Source of the DNA: Deltaproteobacteria bacterium
GTDB taxonomy: Bacteria > Desulfobacterota > Deferrisomatia > Deferrisomatales > BM512
Direction: 5' to 3'
Length of the DNA: 64,000 bases
Assembly: GCA_030591565.1 (NCBI GenBank)
Contig: JAUVAU010000001.1
Coordinates: 104,577 to 168,576 of the forward strand
Shown: positions 40,061 through 49,897 of the stretch, in pieces
How positions within the stretch are numbered: the stretch's first letter is position 1
Layout: every line of letters starts with the position of its first letter
Notes under the pieces: model-generated
Seen by the model: only the letters and a program-made list of their open reading frames with translations
Told to the model about the DNA's origin: nothing
Database searches by the model: none
Made by a program: the position numbers and the translations under genes

Positions 40061-41482
40061 ATGCGCAGAGCAAAAATAGTATGCACCATCGGACCGGCCA
40101 GCCGGGAGGTGGATCTCTTGACCGCTATGATAAACGCGGGCATGGATGTGGCCCGCTTGAACATGAGCCACGGTACCCACGCCGAGCATGGTGAGGTGAT
40201 AGCGCGTGTGCGGGATATATCCGGGCGGCTGGGCAAGCAGGTTGGGATACTCCTCGACCTCTCCGGTCCGAAGATAAGGCTGGGCGAGCTGCCTGAACCC
40301 ATTGAGGTGGAGGTGGGCGACGAGCTGACCTTCTCCACTAGTGGTACGGGGGGTGCGGGGGAAGAGGGGGGGATACCCGTGGGCTATGCGGCCTTTGCCG
40401 AGGAGGTGAAGGTGGGAGACCATTTCAGCCTGGCCGATGGGCACATCCACATGGAGGCGTTGGTGACCACGGAAAAGACCGTGCGCGCCCGCGCTTTGAC
40501 CGGCGGCATTCTCACAAGTCACAAGGGGGTCAACCTGCCCACCGGGGGCGAGGGGCTGCCCGCCATGACTGATAAAGATGAGGAGGACTTGCGCTTTGGC
40601 CTGGCCCAGGGTGTGGACTGGGTGAGTTTGAGTTTTGTGCGCTCCGCCCGCGACGCCGAGGGTCCCAGGAGGGTGATGGACGAGGTGGGCAGGAGGGTGC
40701 CGCTGATGGCGAAGGTTGAAAAGCCCCAGGCCCTTGAATGCATAGACGAGATACTTGAAGTCTTCGACGGGCTGATGGTGGCGCGGGGCGACCTCGGTGT
40801 GGAGATTGAGCTGGAGGACCTCCCCGCGATACAGAAAAAGCTGATAGAGCTGGCAAACCACGCGGCCAAGCCGGTGGTCACCGCGACGCAGATGTTGTTG
40901 TCGATGGTGTCAAGCCCCCGGCCCACCAGGGCGGAGGTGACCGACGTGGCGAACGCCATACTGGATGGTGCGGATGCCGTGATGCTCTCGGAGGAGTCCG
41001 CCGTGGGGCAGTATCCGGTGGAGACGGTGAGGATGATGGCGACGCTGGCCGGGAAGGCCGCAGATATCTACACCCTGCCGGTGGGTCGCAGAGACTCGGT
41101 ATACGATGCGGGGGCTGCGGGGGATGAGACGAAGGCGATAGCAAGGGCGACCAGGATGGTGGCCGAGGAGGTGGGCGCGACGCTTATCATCACCCCCACC
41201 ACCGGCGGCTCCGCTGCGAGGCTCGTCTCCTCCATGCGCCCGGAGATCCCGGTGCTGGCGCTCTCCACCAACATCGACACGGTGCGCCAATTGGCCCCGG
41301 TCTGGGGGGTGGCCGCCAGACTGATAAAGCACGCCAACACCACAGACGAACTCCTTGAGCAGTGCCGCACCCAAGCGCTTGAGGCCGGGTTGGCGAAGGT
41401 GGGTGACAAGGTGGTGATGACTGCGGGGGTGCCGCTCGAAGAGGCGGGGACCACAAATCTACTAAGAGTGTTTGAGTTATAG
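40061..41482 (+). CDS. pyk: Pyruvate kinase
   Basis: KIVCTIGPAS, RLNMSHG, MVARGDLGVE, TATQML, DAVMLSEE. Confidence 0.98.
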   Translation: MRRAKIVCTIGPASREVDLLTAMINAGMDVARLNMSHGTHAEHGEVIARVRDISGRLGKQVGILLDLSGPKIRLGELPEPIEVEVGDELTFSTSGTGGAGEEGGIPVGYAAFAEEVKVGDHFSLADGHIHMEALVTTEKTVRARALTGGILTSHKGVNLPTGGEGLPAMTDKDEEDLRFGLAQGVDWVSLSFVRSARDAEGPRRVMDEVGRRVPLMAKVEKPQALECIDEILEVFDGLMVARGDLGVEIELEDLPAIQKKLIELANHAAKPVVTATQMLLSMVSSPRPTRAEVTDVANAILDGADAVMLSEESAVGQYPVETVRMMATLAGKAADIYTLPVGRRDSVYDAGAAGDETKAIARATRMVAEEVGATLIITPTTGGSAARLVSSMRPEIPVLALSTNIDTVRQLAPVWGVAARLIKHANTTDELLEQCRTQALEAGLAKVGDKVVMTAGVPLEEAGTTNLLRVFEL

Positions 41483-42292
41483 ACTGCGGTGGTTCGCCAG
41501 CGGCATCGCTTCCCTTATGCGGGCCACCTCTTTGAGATCAATATCGGCCAGCGCATAGCCGGGACCGTCATTCCCGACCTCGGCAACCACCTCGCCCCAA
41601 GGGCTGACTATCATGGAATGGCCCCAGCTGCGGCGCAGCCCCTCGTCCTCATGTTCGCCCACTTGCGCCGGGGCGATCACGTAGCACTGGGTCTCGATGG
41701 CGCGGGCGCGGAGCAGCACTTCCCAGTGGTCCCTTCCGGTGGGTTCGGTGAAGGCGGAGGGGATGGTGAGGAGCGTCGCTCCATCATTGACCAACTTCAG
41801 GTATAGCTCCGGGAACCTCAGATCGTAGCAGATCGATAGCCCGAATTTTCCCAGCGGAGTGTCGGCGATCACCGGTGCGCTGCCGGGAACGATGGTGTCT
41901 GACTCCATCGTCCGCACCTTTCCGGCGAGGTCGATATCGAAGAGGTGGATTTTGCGATAGGTGGCGATTATCTCGCCGGCGGGGGAGAAGAGCACCGAGC
42001 AGTTGCGGCACTTCACGACCGACTCACCCCGCTCGTTGAAAGACCCCAGAAGAATGGTCGCTTCAAGCTCTTTTGCCAGCCCGGCAAAATGGCTGCACGT
42101 CGGGCCGTCCAGCTTCTCCGCCAGCCGCGCCTTGTCCTCTTGCGGCCCCAGGAAGTTGGTGTTCTCCGGCGTGGCGATGAACTTGGCTCCATCATTGGCG
42201 GCAGCGCGCACCAACTCCTCGGCCTGGGCCATGTTGCGGCCAATGTCGCGCCTCGAGTTCAGCTGAATAACTGCCGCCTTGAACATCTGCAT
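41477..42292 (-). CDS. Carbon-nitrogen hydrolase (Nit1/deaminated glutathione amidase-like)
   Basis: PE, YRKIHLFD, ICYDLRFPE, HWEVLLRARAIE. Confidence 0.92.
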   Translation of the reverse strand: MQMFKAAVIQLNSRRDIGRNMAQAEELVRAAANDGAKFIATPENTNFLGPQEDKARLAEKLDGPTCSHFAGLAKELEATILLGSFNERGESVVKCRNCSVLFSPAGEIIATYRKIHLFDIDLAGKVRTMESDTIVPGSAPVIADTPLGKFGLSICYDLRFPELYLKLVNDGATLLTIPSAFTEPTGRDHWEVLLRARAIETQCYVIAPAQVGEHEDEGLRRSWGHSMIVSPWGEVVAEVGNDGPGYALADIDLKEVARIREAMPLANHRSL

Positions 42293-42554
42293 ACGCCTCG
42301 CTTTTCTGGAATTCACCTGCCACCCAAAGTTAGCCCAACCCGCCCGGCGACGCCAGGGTTTATGTGGTTGCTTTGGAATTGTAAGCGACTACCGGATGGG
42401 CAGCGAGATCAAGGCAGCGCTCTTCCCGGCTGAAGACTACGAGAAGTTTGGGCGGCGCCTCACCAGTGGGTTAAGGCCCTGGAGGTGGTACTATAACCGA
42501 TACCAGCTCAGGTGGAGGGGGAGGCTGCTTCATAGGTGAAGTAGCACAGTAACT

Positions 42555-42586
42555 AAAAAGGCCCCTGAAAAATCAGGGGCCTTTTT
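42555..42586. terminator. Bidirectional intrinsic terminator
   Basis: AAAAAGGCCCCTGA-AAAA-TCAGGGGCCTTTTT. Confidence 0.9.
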
Positions 42587-42642
42587 CCTGTCCTTGCCCC
42601 CATTCATTTTTAAAAGCTGCTTTCTTTTCTTGGCTCCTGCAC

Positions 42643-42792
42643 TTAAGTACTGACCAGTGTTGTCCACAGAATAACAGCCGCGATTGCAATGAATGAGAGC
42701 ATTATCATAAGGATGGGCGAGTGGGCGAGATAATGCGGCAGCGTCTCGCGGTCGTGGTGTTTTTGGGTGTCCGGATTGACCCAGGCGTGCAT
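42643..42792 (-). CDS. 49-aa small membrane protein (below ORF-track cutoff)
   Basis: AGGGAGGT RBS 6 nt before ATG; MHAWVNPDTQKHHDRETLPHYLAHSPILMIMLSFIAIAAVILWTTLVST*; terminator downstream. Confidence 0.65.
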   Translation of the reverse strand: MHAWVNPDTQKHHDRETLPHYLAHSPILMIMLSFIAIAAVILWTTLVST

Positions 42793-43160
42793 CTCGCTAC
42801 CTCCCTAAAAATAAATCGCCCCCGATAAACCCCCGCCATCACCCTCCAAGTATAGTGCGTCATTTGCGCTGGTGAAGACCCCTTGACAGCGTTGGTGCAA
42901 AAAACCTCCCCTTATTTACGTCGCCTTACGCTACAAATCCGCGTGTTGGCGTAGGCAAGGCGGTTTACTCAACCCGCACAGGCGCTTTTTGGTCTTTGGC
43001 TGTGGTCTCAAGGGGAGCGCCGATAGAGCAAATGCTTTCCAACAAAGTCCTCAATAGCTCTTTGCCGTAAAGCCATCCCACCTTGTCACCCCCCCTTTTC
43101 AATAACGGCCAAAGTAGCTTTTCTCTCGTTATATCAACGTTTTTTTAAAGACTTTGTCCC

Positions 43161-43233
43161 TTGACATAACCCTTGCCCATTTGTATAGTCGGGATTAAGT
43201 GGGAAAAAATCCCATAAAGTGGGAAAAAGTGGG
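43161..43233 (+). promoter_or_regulatory. dcw promoter with MraZ-binding repeats
   Basis: TTGACA (43161-66)-17 nt-TATAGT (43184-89); GTGGG at 43199, 43219, 43229 on a 10-bp register. Confidence 0.85.
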
Positions 43234-43256
43234 TACACAAGAGGCGAGCTAAACGA

Positions 43257-43697
43257 ATGTTTCGCGGACAGTTCAAACACACGATCGACGAGAAGGGGCG
43301 ACTCTCCATTCCGGCCAAGTTCCGGGATGCGCTTGATAACACCTTTGCGCCTCCGCTCTTCGTCACCGTGCTGGAGCATTGTCTGGTCGCTTATCCCGCC
43401 GATGAGTGGCGGGTGTTGGAGGCGGAGCTGAACGCCAGACCCCAGTTCGATAAGGCGGTGAGAAGATTTCGCCGCGCTTTTTATTCGCCCGCGCAGGATT
43501 GTCCGCTGGACAAGGCGGGGAGGATTTTGGTGCCGCCGGGGCTGCGCGACCATGCGGAGCTTACCCGCGACGTGGTGCTTGCCGGTATGGGCAACACCTT
43601 CGAGATATGGGACGCCACGCGACACCAGGAGATTATGCGTGCAGACATGGGGGACCTGGAGACGATCCTCCAGGGGATGGGAGATATCGGAATCTAG
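43257..43697 (+). CDS. mraZ: Division/cell wall cluster regulator MraZ
   Basis: MFRG..IDEKGRLSIP, DKAGRILVP. Confidence 0.97.
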   Translation: MFRGQFKHTIDEKGRLSIPAKFRDALDNTFAPPLFVTVLEHCLVAYPADEWRVLEAELNARPQFDKAVRRFRRAFYSPAQDCPLDKAGRILVPPGLRDHAELTRDVVLAGMGNTFEIWDATRHQEIMRADMGDLETILQGMGDIGI

Positions 43698-44662
43698 TGG
43701 CATCGGACGAGGGCTACCACGTACCTGTGTTGCTGGCTGAGACAGTTGAAAATCTGGTGACCGACCCCAACGGCGTCTATGTGGACGGCACCTTCGGGGG
43801 CGGGGGCCACAGCAAAGCGATATTTGAAAAGCTCGGCGCGCATGGGCGGCTCATAAGCATCGACCGCGATCCTGATGCATTGGCTAACTCAGCCCAGTGG
43901 GCAAGGGAGCGAAGCGACAGGGTCACGCTTGTGAGGGGCAACTTTGGGAACCTGCCCAACCTGCTGGCCGAGCTGGAGGTCGGACCGGTCAGCGGCATAC
44001 TGCTGGACCTGGGGGTTTCGTCGCATCAGATAGATGAAGCCCAGAGGGGTTTCAGCTTTATGAAGGACGGGCCGCTTGACATGAGAATGGATCCGGAGCG
44101 CGGAGTACCGGCTTCGGAGCTTGTGAATAAATTAAGCGAGGTGGAGCTTTCCAGGGTTTTTCGAGATTTTGGCGAAGAGCCCCGTCACCGGCGGGCCGCC
44201 AATGCGGTGGCGGTCCGTCGGGCGACCTCCGCGATCATGACCACCGGAGAGTTGGCCCAGACGCTTGAGGAGGCGCTTGGTCGGCGAGGGAAGAAGCATC
44301 CGGGGACCAAGGTGTTCCAGGCGCTTCGCATCGCGGTCAATGGTGAGCTTGATGAGTTGAGAAGTTTCCTGGACGGGTTCAGCGATCTTCTTCGACCGGG
44401 CGGAAGGGTGGCGATAATCAGCTACCACTCGCTCGAAGACAGGATGGTCAAGAGAGCGTTCAGGGATTTGGAACCCCGATGCAGATGCCCGCGTGAGCAA
44501 CCTGTTTGCACCTGCGGTGAGCCGGGGAATTTGAGATCGATCGCCCGACGGGCCATAAAGCCGAGCCGCGGGGAGATCGGGCGAAACTCCAGGGCGCGCA
44601 GCGCCCGGTTGAGAGTGGCCGAGAAGTTTGTCGATGAAAGTAACAGAGGGGAAATCGTATGA
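43697..44662 (+). CDS. rsmH: 16S rRNA m4C1402 methyltransferase
   Basis: HVPVLL, DGTFGGGGHS, DLGVSS, GPLDMRM, HSLEDR; start GTG 43697. Confidence 0.97.
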   Translation: MASDEGYHVPVLLAETVENLVTDPNGVYVDGTFGGGGHSKAIFEKLGAHGRLISIDRDPDALANSAQWARERSDRVTLVRGNFGNLPNLLAELEVGPVSGILLDLGVSSHQIDEAQRGFSFMKDGPLDMRMDPERGVPASELVNKLSEVELSRVFRDFGEEPRHRRAANAVAVRRATSAIMTTGELAQTLEEALGRRGKKHPGTKVFQALRIAVNGELDELRSFLDGFSDLLRPGGRVAIISYHSLEDRMVKRAFRDLEPRCRCPREQPVCTCGEPGNLRSIARRAIKPSRGEIGRNSRARSARLRVAEKFVDESNRGEIV

Positions 44663-44991
44663 GCCGAATCAATAAAAGCAGCCGCGCCATTGCGGTCGTT
44701 CCATATTTTCCGCTTGTCGGAGCCGATGTCAAAGGCTGGACGATACGGGCCCTTGTCGCGGTTTTGTGTCTGGGGTCGATGTTGATGCTCACCGCGTCGC
44801 GCATCGAAACCACGAGGCTTCGCTACGAATTGAGTGAATTACACCAGCTCCGCCAGGGTTTGATCGCGGACGTGGGCAGGTTGAATTTGGAAATATCGGC
44901 AGTGGCGAGACCGCAACGCATCGAAAAATTGGCGAGGGCTATGGGGCTGATCGTACCCCGGGGCGATCAAGTGCTTGTGATGAATGAGTAG
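44659..44991 (+). CDS. ftsL: Cell division protein FtsL
   Basis: Single TM, leucine-zipper coil, RIEKLARAMGL; between rsmH and ftsI. Confidence 0.85.
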   Translation: MSRINKSSRAIAVVPYFPLVGADVKGWTIRALVAVLCLGSMLMLTASRIETTRLRYELSELHQLRQGLIADVGRLNLEISAVARPQRIEKLARAMGLIVPRGDQVLVMNE

Positions 44992-46990
44992 AAGGAACAA
45001 ACGCAAAGCACCTTTTCGCGTATGGCGTATGCGATTTCTCGCCGCTGGGCTTCTTGCCCTCTTCGCCATCGCTGCCGGTCGGGCCGTTCACCTGCAAGTA
45101 TATCGAGCCGAAGGATTAAAAGAGCGCGTACGTGATCAATCCGTGCGAAAGCTAAAAGTCCAGCCGGCGCGTGGAAAAATATATGACCGGAATATGGAGG
45201 AGCTGGCGGCCACCATTCCGGGTTCCAGCGCCTACATCAAATCGGCTGACATTCTCAAAGATCGCCCGGTATTTGAAAAACTATGCAAGATCCTGGGCCT
45301 GGACCGCAGGAGCGTGGAGGGCAAGATTCGCCGTCGTGGCGATGCGTTCACGACCATAAAGTATCGCCTCACACCGATGGAAGAGGCGGCGGTTGAGGAG
45401 CTGAACTCAGCACACGCAGGCGTGGCGCCCCAGCCGGTGCGCTACTACCCGAAAAAATCCCTTGCCGGACCGTTGCTTGGTTTCGTGAGCACCGATGGCA
45501 GTGGGATCGGCGGGCTGGAATACAAGTACGAAGAGCTGCTGCGGGGCCGCGAGATTTGGATTGATGCTGAGAAGGACGCGAAGTCGGATCATCTGATCGC
45601 CGACGCACCCGACGCACAGAACGCCCGGGGGCACAGCCTTATTCTCACCCTGGACCAGCACATCCAGCACATCGCCGAAGATGAGTTGGAAAAAGGGGTG
45701 GCAAAAACGCAGGCCAAGGGTGGTTTTGTGGTGATTATGAGGCCTTCGACCGGCGAGATACTCGCCATGGCCCAGTCGCCGCAGATGAACCCCAATGACT
45801 TTGGCGCGGCCAAACCGGTAGACCGCAACCCGCGCATGGTGACCCAGGTCTTCGAGCCGGGTTCGACGTTGAAGAGCATATTCATGGCGGTGCTGCTTGA
45901 CAATAGGGCGGCCAAACCCTCGGAGAGCGTCTACTGCGAAGATGGTGAATGGAGGGCGCACGGGAGGACGATCCACGACCACGTACCCCATGAGATGTTG
46001 ACGTTGGCCGAGGTGTTGAAGGTGTCGAGCAACATTGGAGTCGCCAAACTCTCGGAGCGGATGAATAAGGACACGTTCTATGAGGGCTATCTCGGTTTCG
46101 GGCTTGGCCAGGCGACGGGCGTGGAGCTGGGCGGAGAGTCGCGCGGGATATTGGCGCCGCCAAAGCGGTGGAGCAAGGTGACGCCGCTCACCATCGCCTA
46201 TGGTCAGGGGGTGTCGGTCACGGCGCTGCAGCTGACATCGGCTATGTCCACGCTGGCCAACAATGGCCTTCGCATGCGTCCATATCTCGTCAAAGAGGTG
46301 CTGGCTGCAAGCGGCAACGTGGTTGAAAGAACTGAGCCGGAAAAGGTGGGGCAGGCGGTATCGGGTGAGACCGCCAGGATAGTCATGAAGTGGATGGTGG
46401 ATGTGGTCCATGACGAAGATGGGACCGGCACCCTGGCTGATGGTTCTGGTTATACGATCGCAGGAAAGACCGGGACGGCGTGGAAGCCTGATCTGGTCAA
46501 TGGCGGGTACAACAGAAGAAAAGTGATCGCCAGCTTCATGGGCGCGGCCCCGGCATCTGCGCCGGAAATAGCAATGCTGGTGACGATCGACGAGCCGAGT
46601 AAGGGTTCCAGGTATGGCGGCATGGTGGCCGCCCCGGTGTTCAGAGAGATAACGCGGCGGGTGTTGACGCACTTGAACGTGCCGCCCGAGCGCAAGGTCG
46701 AAGTGGCAAGCAAGCAGGGCAGAAAGAAAAGCTTGAAGCGCACCGGCTCCAAGGGGCGCAGTGACATAGAGGTAGCCGATGCCAAGGCAATCGGCAAGAT
46801 GCCGAATCTCAAAGGGCTGACCATAAGACAAGCCCTTCGCAAGTTGGAAAAGACAGGAGTCAGCATCAGGCTCGACCTGGTGGGCAGCGGCTTTGCGGTT
46901 CGCCAGGAACCCAAGGCCGGAACGGTGCTCGCCCAGGGTGCGGGCTGCCGACTCGAATTTGAATCGCCCCTTGCATCCCGTCGTCCATGA
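44984..46990 (+). CDS. ftsI: Penicillin-binding protein FtsI with PASTA domain
   Basis: RGKIYDRN, EPGSTLK (SxxK), SSN, KTGT, C-terminal MPNLKG PASTA. Confidence 0.96.
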   Translation: MSRRNKRKAPFRVWRMRFLAAGLLALFAIAAGRAVHLQVYRAEGLKERVRDQSVRKLKVQPARGKIYDRNMEELAATIPGSSAYIKSADILKDRPVFEKLCKILGLDRRSVEGKIRRRGDAFTTIKYRLTPMEEAAVEELNSAHAGVAPQPVRYYPKKSLAGPLLGFVSTDGSGIGGLEYKYEELLRGREIWIDAEKDAKSDHLIADAPDAQNARGHSLILTLDQHIQHIAEDELEKGVAKTQAKGGFVVIMRPSTGEILAMAQSPQMNPNDFGAAKPVDRNPRMVTQVFEPGSTLKSIFMAVLLDNRAAKPSESVYCEDGEWRAHGRTIHDHVPHEMLTLAEVLKVSSNIGVAKLSERMNKDTFYEGYLGFGLGQATGVELGGESRGILAPPKRWSKVTPLTIAYGQGVSVTALQLTSAMSTLANNGLRMRPYLVKEVLAASGNVVERTEPEKVGQAVSGETARIVMKWMVDVVHDEDGTGTLADGSGYTIAGKTGTAWKPDLVNGGYNRRKVIASFMGAAPASAPEIAMLVTIDEPSKGSRYGGMVAAPVFREITRRVLTHLNVPPERKVEVASKQGRKKSLKRTGSKGRSDIEVADAKAIGKMPNLKGLTIRQALRKLEKTGVSIRLDLVGSGFAVRQEPKAGTVLAQGAGCRLEFESPLASRRP

Positions 46991-48510
46991 CGCGAGGAAG
47001 TAACAACGTGAAGCTGTCAGCAATCGTTGAACAATTGCCCAATGTCATCGCCTTCGATGGTGGCGACCCTGACATTGGCGGCGTTTGCTGTGATTCCAGA
47101 AAAGTTGAACCAGGATTTATCTTTGCGGCAATACCCGGCGCGCAGGTGGACGGACACAGCTATCTTGAGGCGGCGGCCAAAGCCGGTGGCGTTGCCTGCA
47201 TCGTCGCCGATGGCGGGGCTCAGTGCCATGGCATGGCCCGTGTGCTCGTCGAAGATGTGGAGGAGGCGCTGGGTTGGGCGTCATCGGCCTTCTGGGGCCA
47301 CCCTTCCAGGGCGCTGACGCTGGTGGGGATCACCGGCACCAACGGCAAAACGACCACCGCGCATCTGGTCCGACACCTTCTGGAGAGCTCGGGGATCGTC
47401 ACGGGAATGATCGGCACCGTGGGCTACCTCTTCCCCGAAGGGGTAGAGCCTGCGTCGCTCACCACACCGGAGGCGCCGATCTTCCAGGCGGCGCTCTCAA
47501 GGATGCTTGAAGAGGGCGCGGGGGCCGTGGTGGCAGAGATCAGTTCCCACGCGCTCAAGAGGAAACGGGTCGAGGGCAGCGCTTTCGCCTGTACGGTATT
47601 TACCAATCTCACCCAGGACCACCTGGACTTTCACGGCTCGATGGAAGAGTACTACCAGGCCAAGCGGCTGCTCTTCACCGACCATCCAAGGCTGGTGGAG
47701 GCGGTGGTTAACGTGGATGACAGCTGGGGACGCCAGCTTGCCCCCGATCTTGGCGGTCAGGTTGTCACCTTCGGCTTGAATGACGGCGACGTGCGCTTTG
47801 AAGTCACCAGTTCAAATGAGAGCTCCACGGCGGGAGTCCTCCACTTTCCAAATGGTCAAGCGGTGCTGCACGTTCCGCTGGCTGGACGCTTTAACGCTTA
47901 TAACGCAACCACCGCCATGGCGGTTGCGTGGGCGCTGGGGCTGGATATGGAAAAAGCCGCGCAAGCCATGAAGAGCGCTCCGCAGACGCCGGGTCGCATC
48001 GAGGCGGTGGAGAATGAGGCTGGCATAGGGGCGTTCGTGGACTACGCCCACACCCCCGACGCGCTGGACCGGCTACTGGAAACATTAAAGGACTTTACTG
48101 TCGGCAAGCTGATCTGTGTTTTCGGTTGTGGAGGGGATCGCGACAGGAGCAAGCGGCCTCTGATGGCGAGGGCCGCCGCCAAGTGGTCGGATGTCATCGT
48201 GGTGACCTCCGACAACTCAAGGAGCGAGTCCACCGAGAAGATTATCGGGGATGTCGAAGAGGGCCTCCCGGAAAATTGGAGCGAGCTGAAGGATTCGGAC
48301 TCGGCTGGCGGTTACCACACATACATGAAGATTCCCGACCGGCACGAGGCCATACGCTGGGCGGTGATGTCCGCCGCCAGCTCCGACACGGTGGTGGTCG
48401 CGGGCAAGGGACATGAAGGCACCCAGATTATCGGTGACGAGATATTCCCCTTCAATGACCGGCTGGAGCTGGAGAGCGCATTGAAGGCGCGGGGTGACAG
48501 TTGCGCCTGA
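46987..48510 (+). CDS. murE: UDP-MurNAc-tripeptide synthetase
   Basis: GTNGKTTT, TNLTQDHLDFH, DYAHTPD, GCGGDRD, AGKGHE. Confidence 0.97.
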   Translation: MTRGSNNVKLSAIVEQLPNVIAFDGGDPDIGGVCCDSRKVEPGFIFAAIPGAQVDGHSYLEAAAKAGGVACIVADGGAQCHGMARVLVEDVEEALGWASSAFWGHPSRALTLVGITGTNGKTTTAHLVRHLLESSGIVTGMIGTVGYLFPEGVEPASLTTPEAPIFQAALSRMLEEGAGAVVAEISSHALKRKRVEGSAFACTVFTNLTQDHLDFHGSMEEYYQAKRLLFTDHPRLVEAVVNVDDSWGRQLAPDLGGQVVTFGLNDGDVRFEVTSSNESSTAGVLHFPNGQAVLHVPLAGRFNAYNATTAMAVAWALGLDMEKAAQAMKSAPQTPGRIEAVENEAGIGAFVDYAHTPDALDRLLETLKDFTVGKLICVFGCGGDRDRSKRPLMARAAAKWSDVIVVTSDNSRSESTEKIIGDVEEGLPENWSELKDSDSAGGYHTYMKIPDRHEAIRWAVMSAASSDTVVVAGKGHEGTQIIGDEIFPFNDRLELESALKARGDSCA

Positions 48511-49889
48511 GCCTTGGCGAAGTGGTTCGGGCCACCTCGGGAGAGCTCAGGGGCGAGCCCCTGGATGCAGAGACGATCTTTGAAAATGTTTCAACCGACA
48601 CCCGGACGCTCAAAGAGGGATCGCTCTTCGTCGCCTTGAAGGGCGAGCGCTTTGATGCGCACGACTACCTTGGGGAGGCGGTGGACAAGGGCGCTGGCGC
48701 GCTGGTGGTTTCAAGGGGTCCGTTGCCCAGGGGCTGCACCGCAGTGGTGGTGGCCGACACCCTCGACGCCCTTGGCGAGCTTGGGCGCGCAGCGGGCGAG
48801 AAGGGCGGCTTCAAGGTGGCTGCGATCACCGGGAGTTTCGGCAAGACGACCACCAAGCAGATGTGCGCTTCGATCATTGAAGCCGCTGGTGAGAAAGTGC
48901 TCTATACGCCGGGCAACCTCAATAACCGCATTGGGTTGCCGCTGACCCTGCTGGGGGCCAAGGGCGATGAAAAATTTGCGGTGCTGGAGCTGGGAATAAG
49001 CGAACCCGGCGAGATGCAAAAACTCTCCAATATCGCCCAGCCCCAGGTGGCCCTGATAACCGGGGCGGGGGTGGCGCACACCGAGCTGTTGGGAAGCGTC
49101 GAAGGGGTCGCGGAGGAGAAGATGGAGATATCCCATGGGATGGAGCCGGGCTCGATCCTGCTCTTGCCCCATGGTGACGAGAACCTCAGCCCGGCAATGG
49201 TCCGGCGTGGAATTGAGGTCAGGACCTTTGGTTGGGATGAAGGTTCAGCCGTAAGGGGCGAAGGGTACAGGACGACCGCCGCCGGTTCGGTTTTCACCGT
49301 CGCGGGAAGAGAGATTGAAGTACCCCTGCCGGGCCGTCACAACGCGGATAACGCGCTGGCCGCCTGGGCGCTGGTCACGGCGCTGGGAGTTGAGATTGAT
49401 TCCGGGGCGCGCATTGTCGCCTCTGTCGGGCAGCTGGCGATGCGCTCGGAGATACGCACCGGCGTGAAGGGCGCGAAGTTTTATGTGGATTGCTACAACG
49501 CCAACCCCTCTGCGATGGCCGCGGCCATGGAGACGGTGGCCGGGTTGGCGGATGGAAAGAGAATGATCGGCGTGCTGGGTGAGATGCTTGAGCTTGGTTC
49601 CATGAGCAAGCAGGCGCACCTGGAGGTTGGCCGGGCGGCGGCCAGGAGCGGATTCAAGAAGCTCTATCTGGTTGGTGTCGGCGGCTTGATCGGTGAAGAG
49701 ACCCGGTGGATTCGCCAGGGTGCCGTTGAAGCGGGTATGGCTCCCGAAGCAGTGAAAATATTTGAAGACGTTTCCCCGATCATCGAAGGCCTTGCGGGTG
49801 AGTTGGCCGGGGATGATTGGGTTTTGATCAAGGGTAGCAGGGCCACCGGACTGGACCGGGTGGCCGACGCCATGGCAGGGCGGGATTAG
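48501..49889 (+). CDS. murF: UDP-MurNAc-tripeptide--D-Ala-D-Ala ligase
   Basis: GSFGKTTTK, NNRIGLP, DCYNANP, KGSR. Confidence 0.96.
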   Translation: MRLSLGEVVRATSGELRGEPLDAETIFENVSTDTRTLKEGSLFVALKGERFDAHDYLGEAVDKGAGALVVSRGPLPRGCTAVVVADTLDALGELGRAAGEKGGFKVAAITGSFGKTTTKQMCASIIEAAGEKVLYTPGNLNNRIGLPLTLLGAKGDEKFAVLELGISEPGEMQKLSNIAQPQVALITGAGVAHTELLGSVEGVAEEKMEISHGMEPGSILLLPHGDENLSPAMVRRGIEVRTFGWDEGSAVRGEGYRTTAAGSVFTVAGREIEVPLPGRHNADNALAAWALVTALGVEIDSGARIVASVGQLAMRSEIRTGVKGAKFYVDCYNANPSAMAAAMETVAGLADGKRMIGVLGEMLELGSMSKQAHLEVGRAAARSGFKKLYLVGVGGLIGEETRWIRQGAVEAGMAPEAVKIFEDVSPIIEGLAGELAGDDWVLIKGSRATGLDRVADAMAGRD

Positions 49890-49897
49890 GGCGAGCG

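Noticed and set aside
42320-43140. RNase P RNA or 6S RNA upstream of mraZ
   Set aside because: No GAGGAAAGTCC or other rnpB hallmarks on either strand; region better explained by a small ORF and terminator.
48190-48230. MurE DNSR instead of DNPR
   Set aside because: The meso-DAP-contacting D, N and R are retained; single conservative change.
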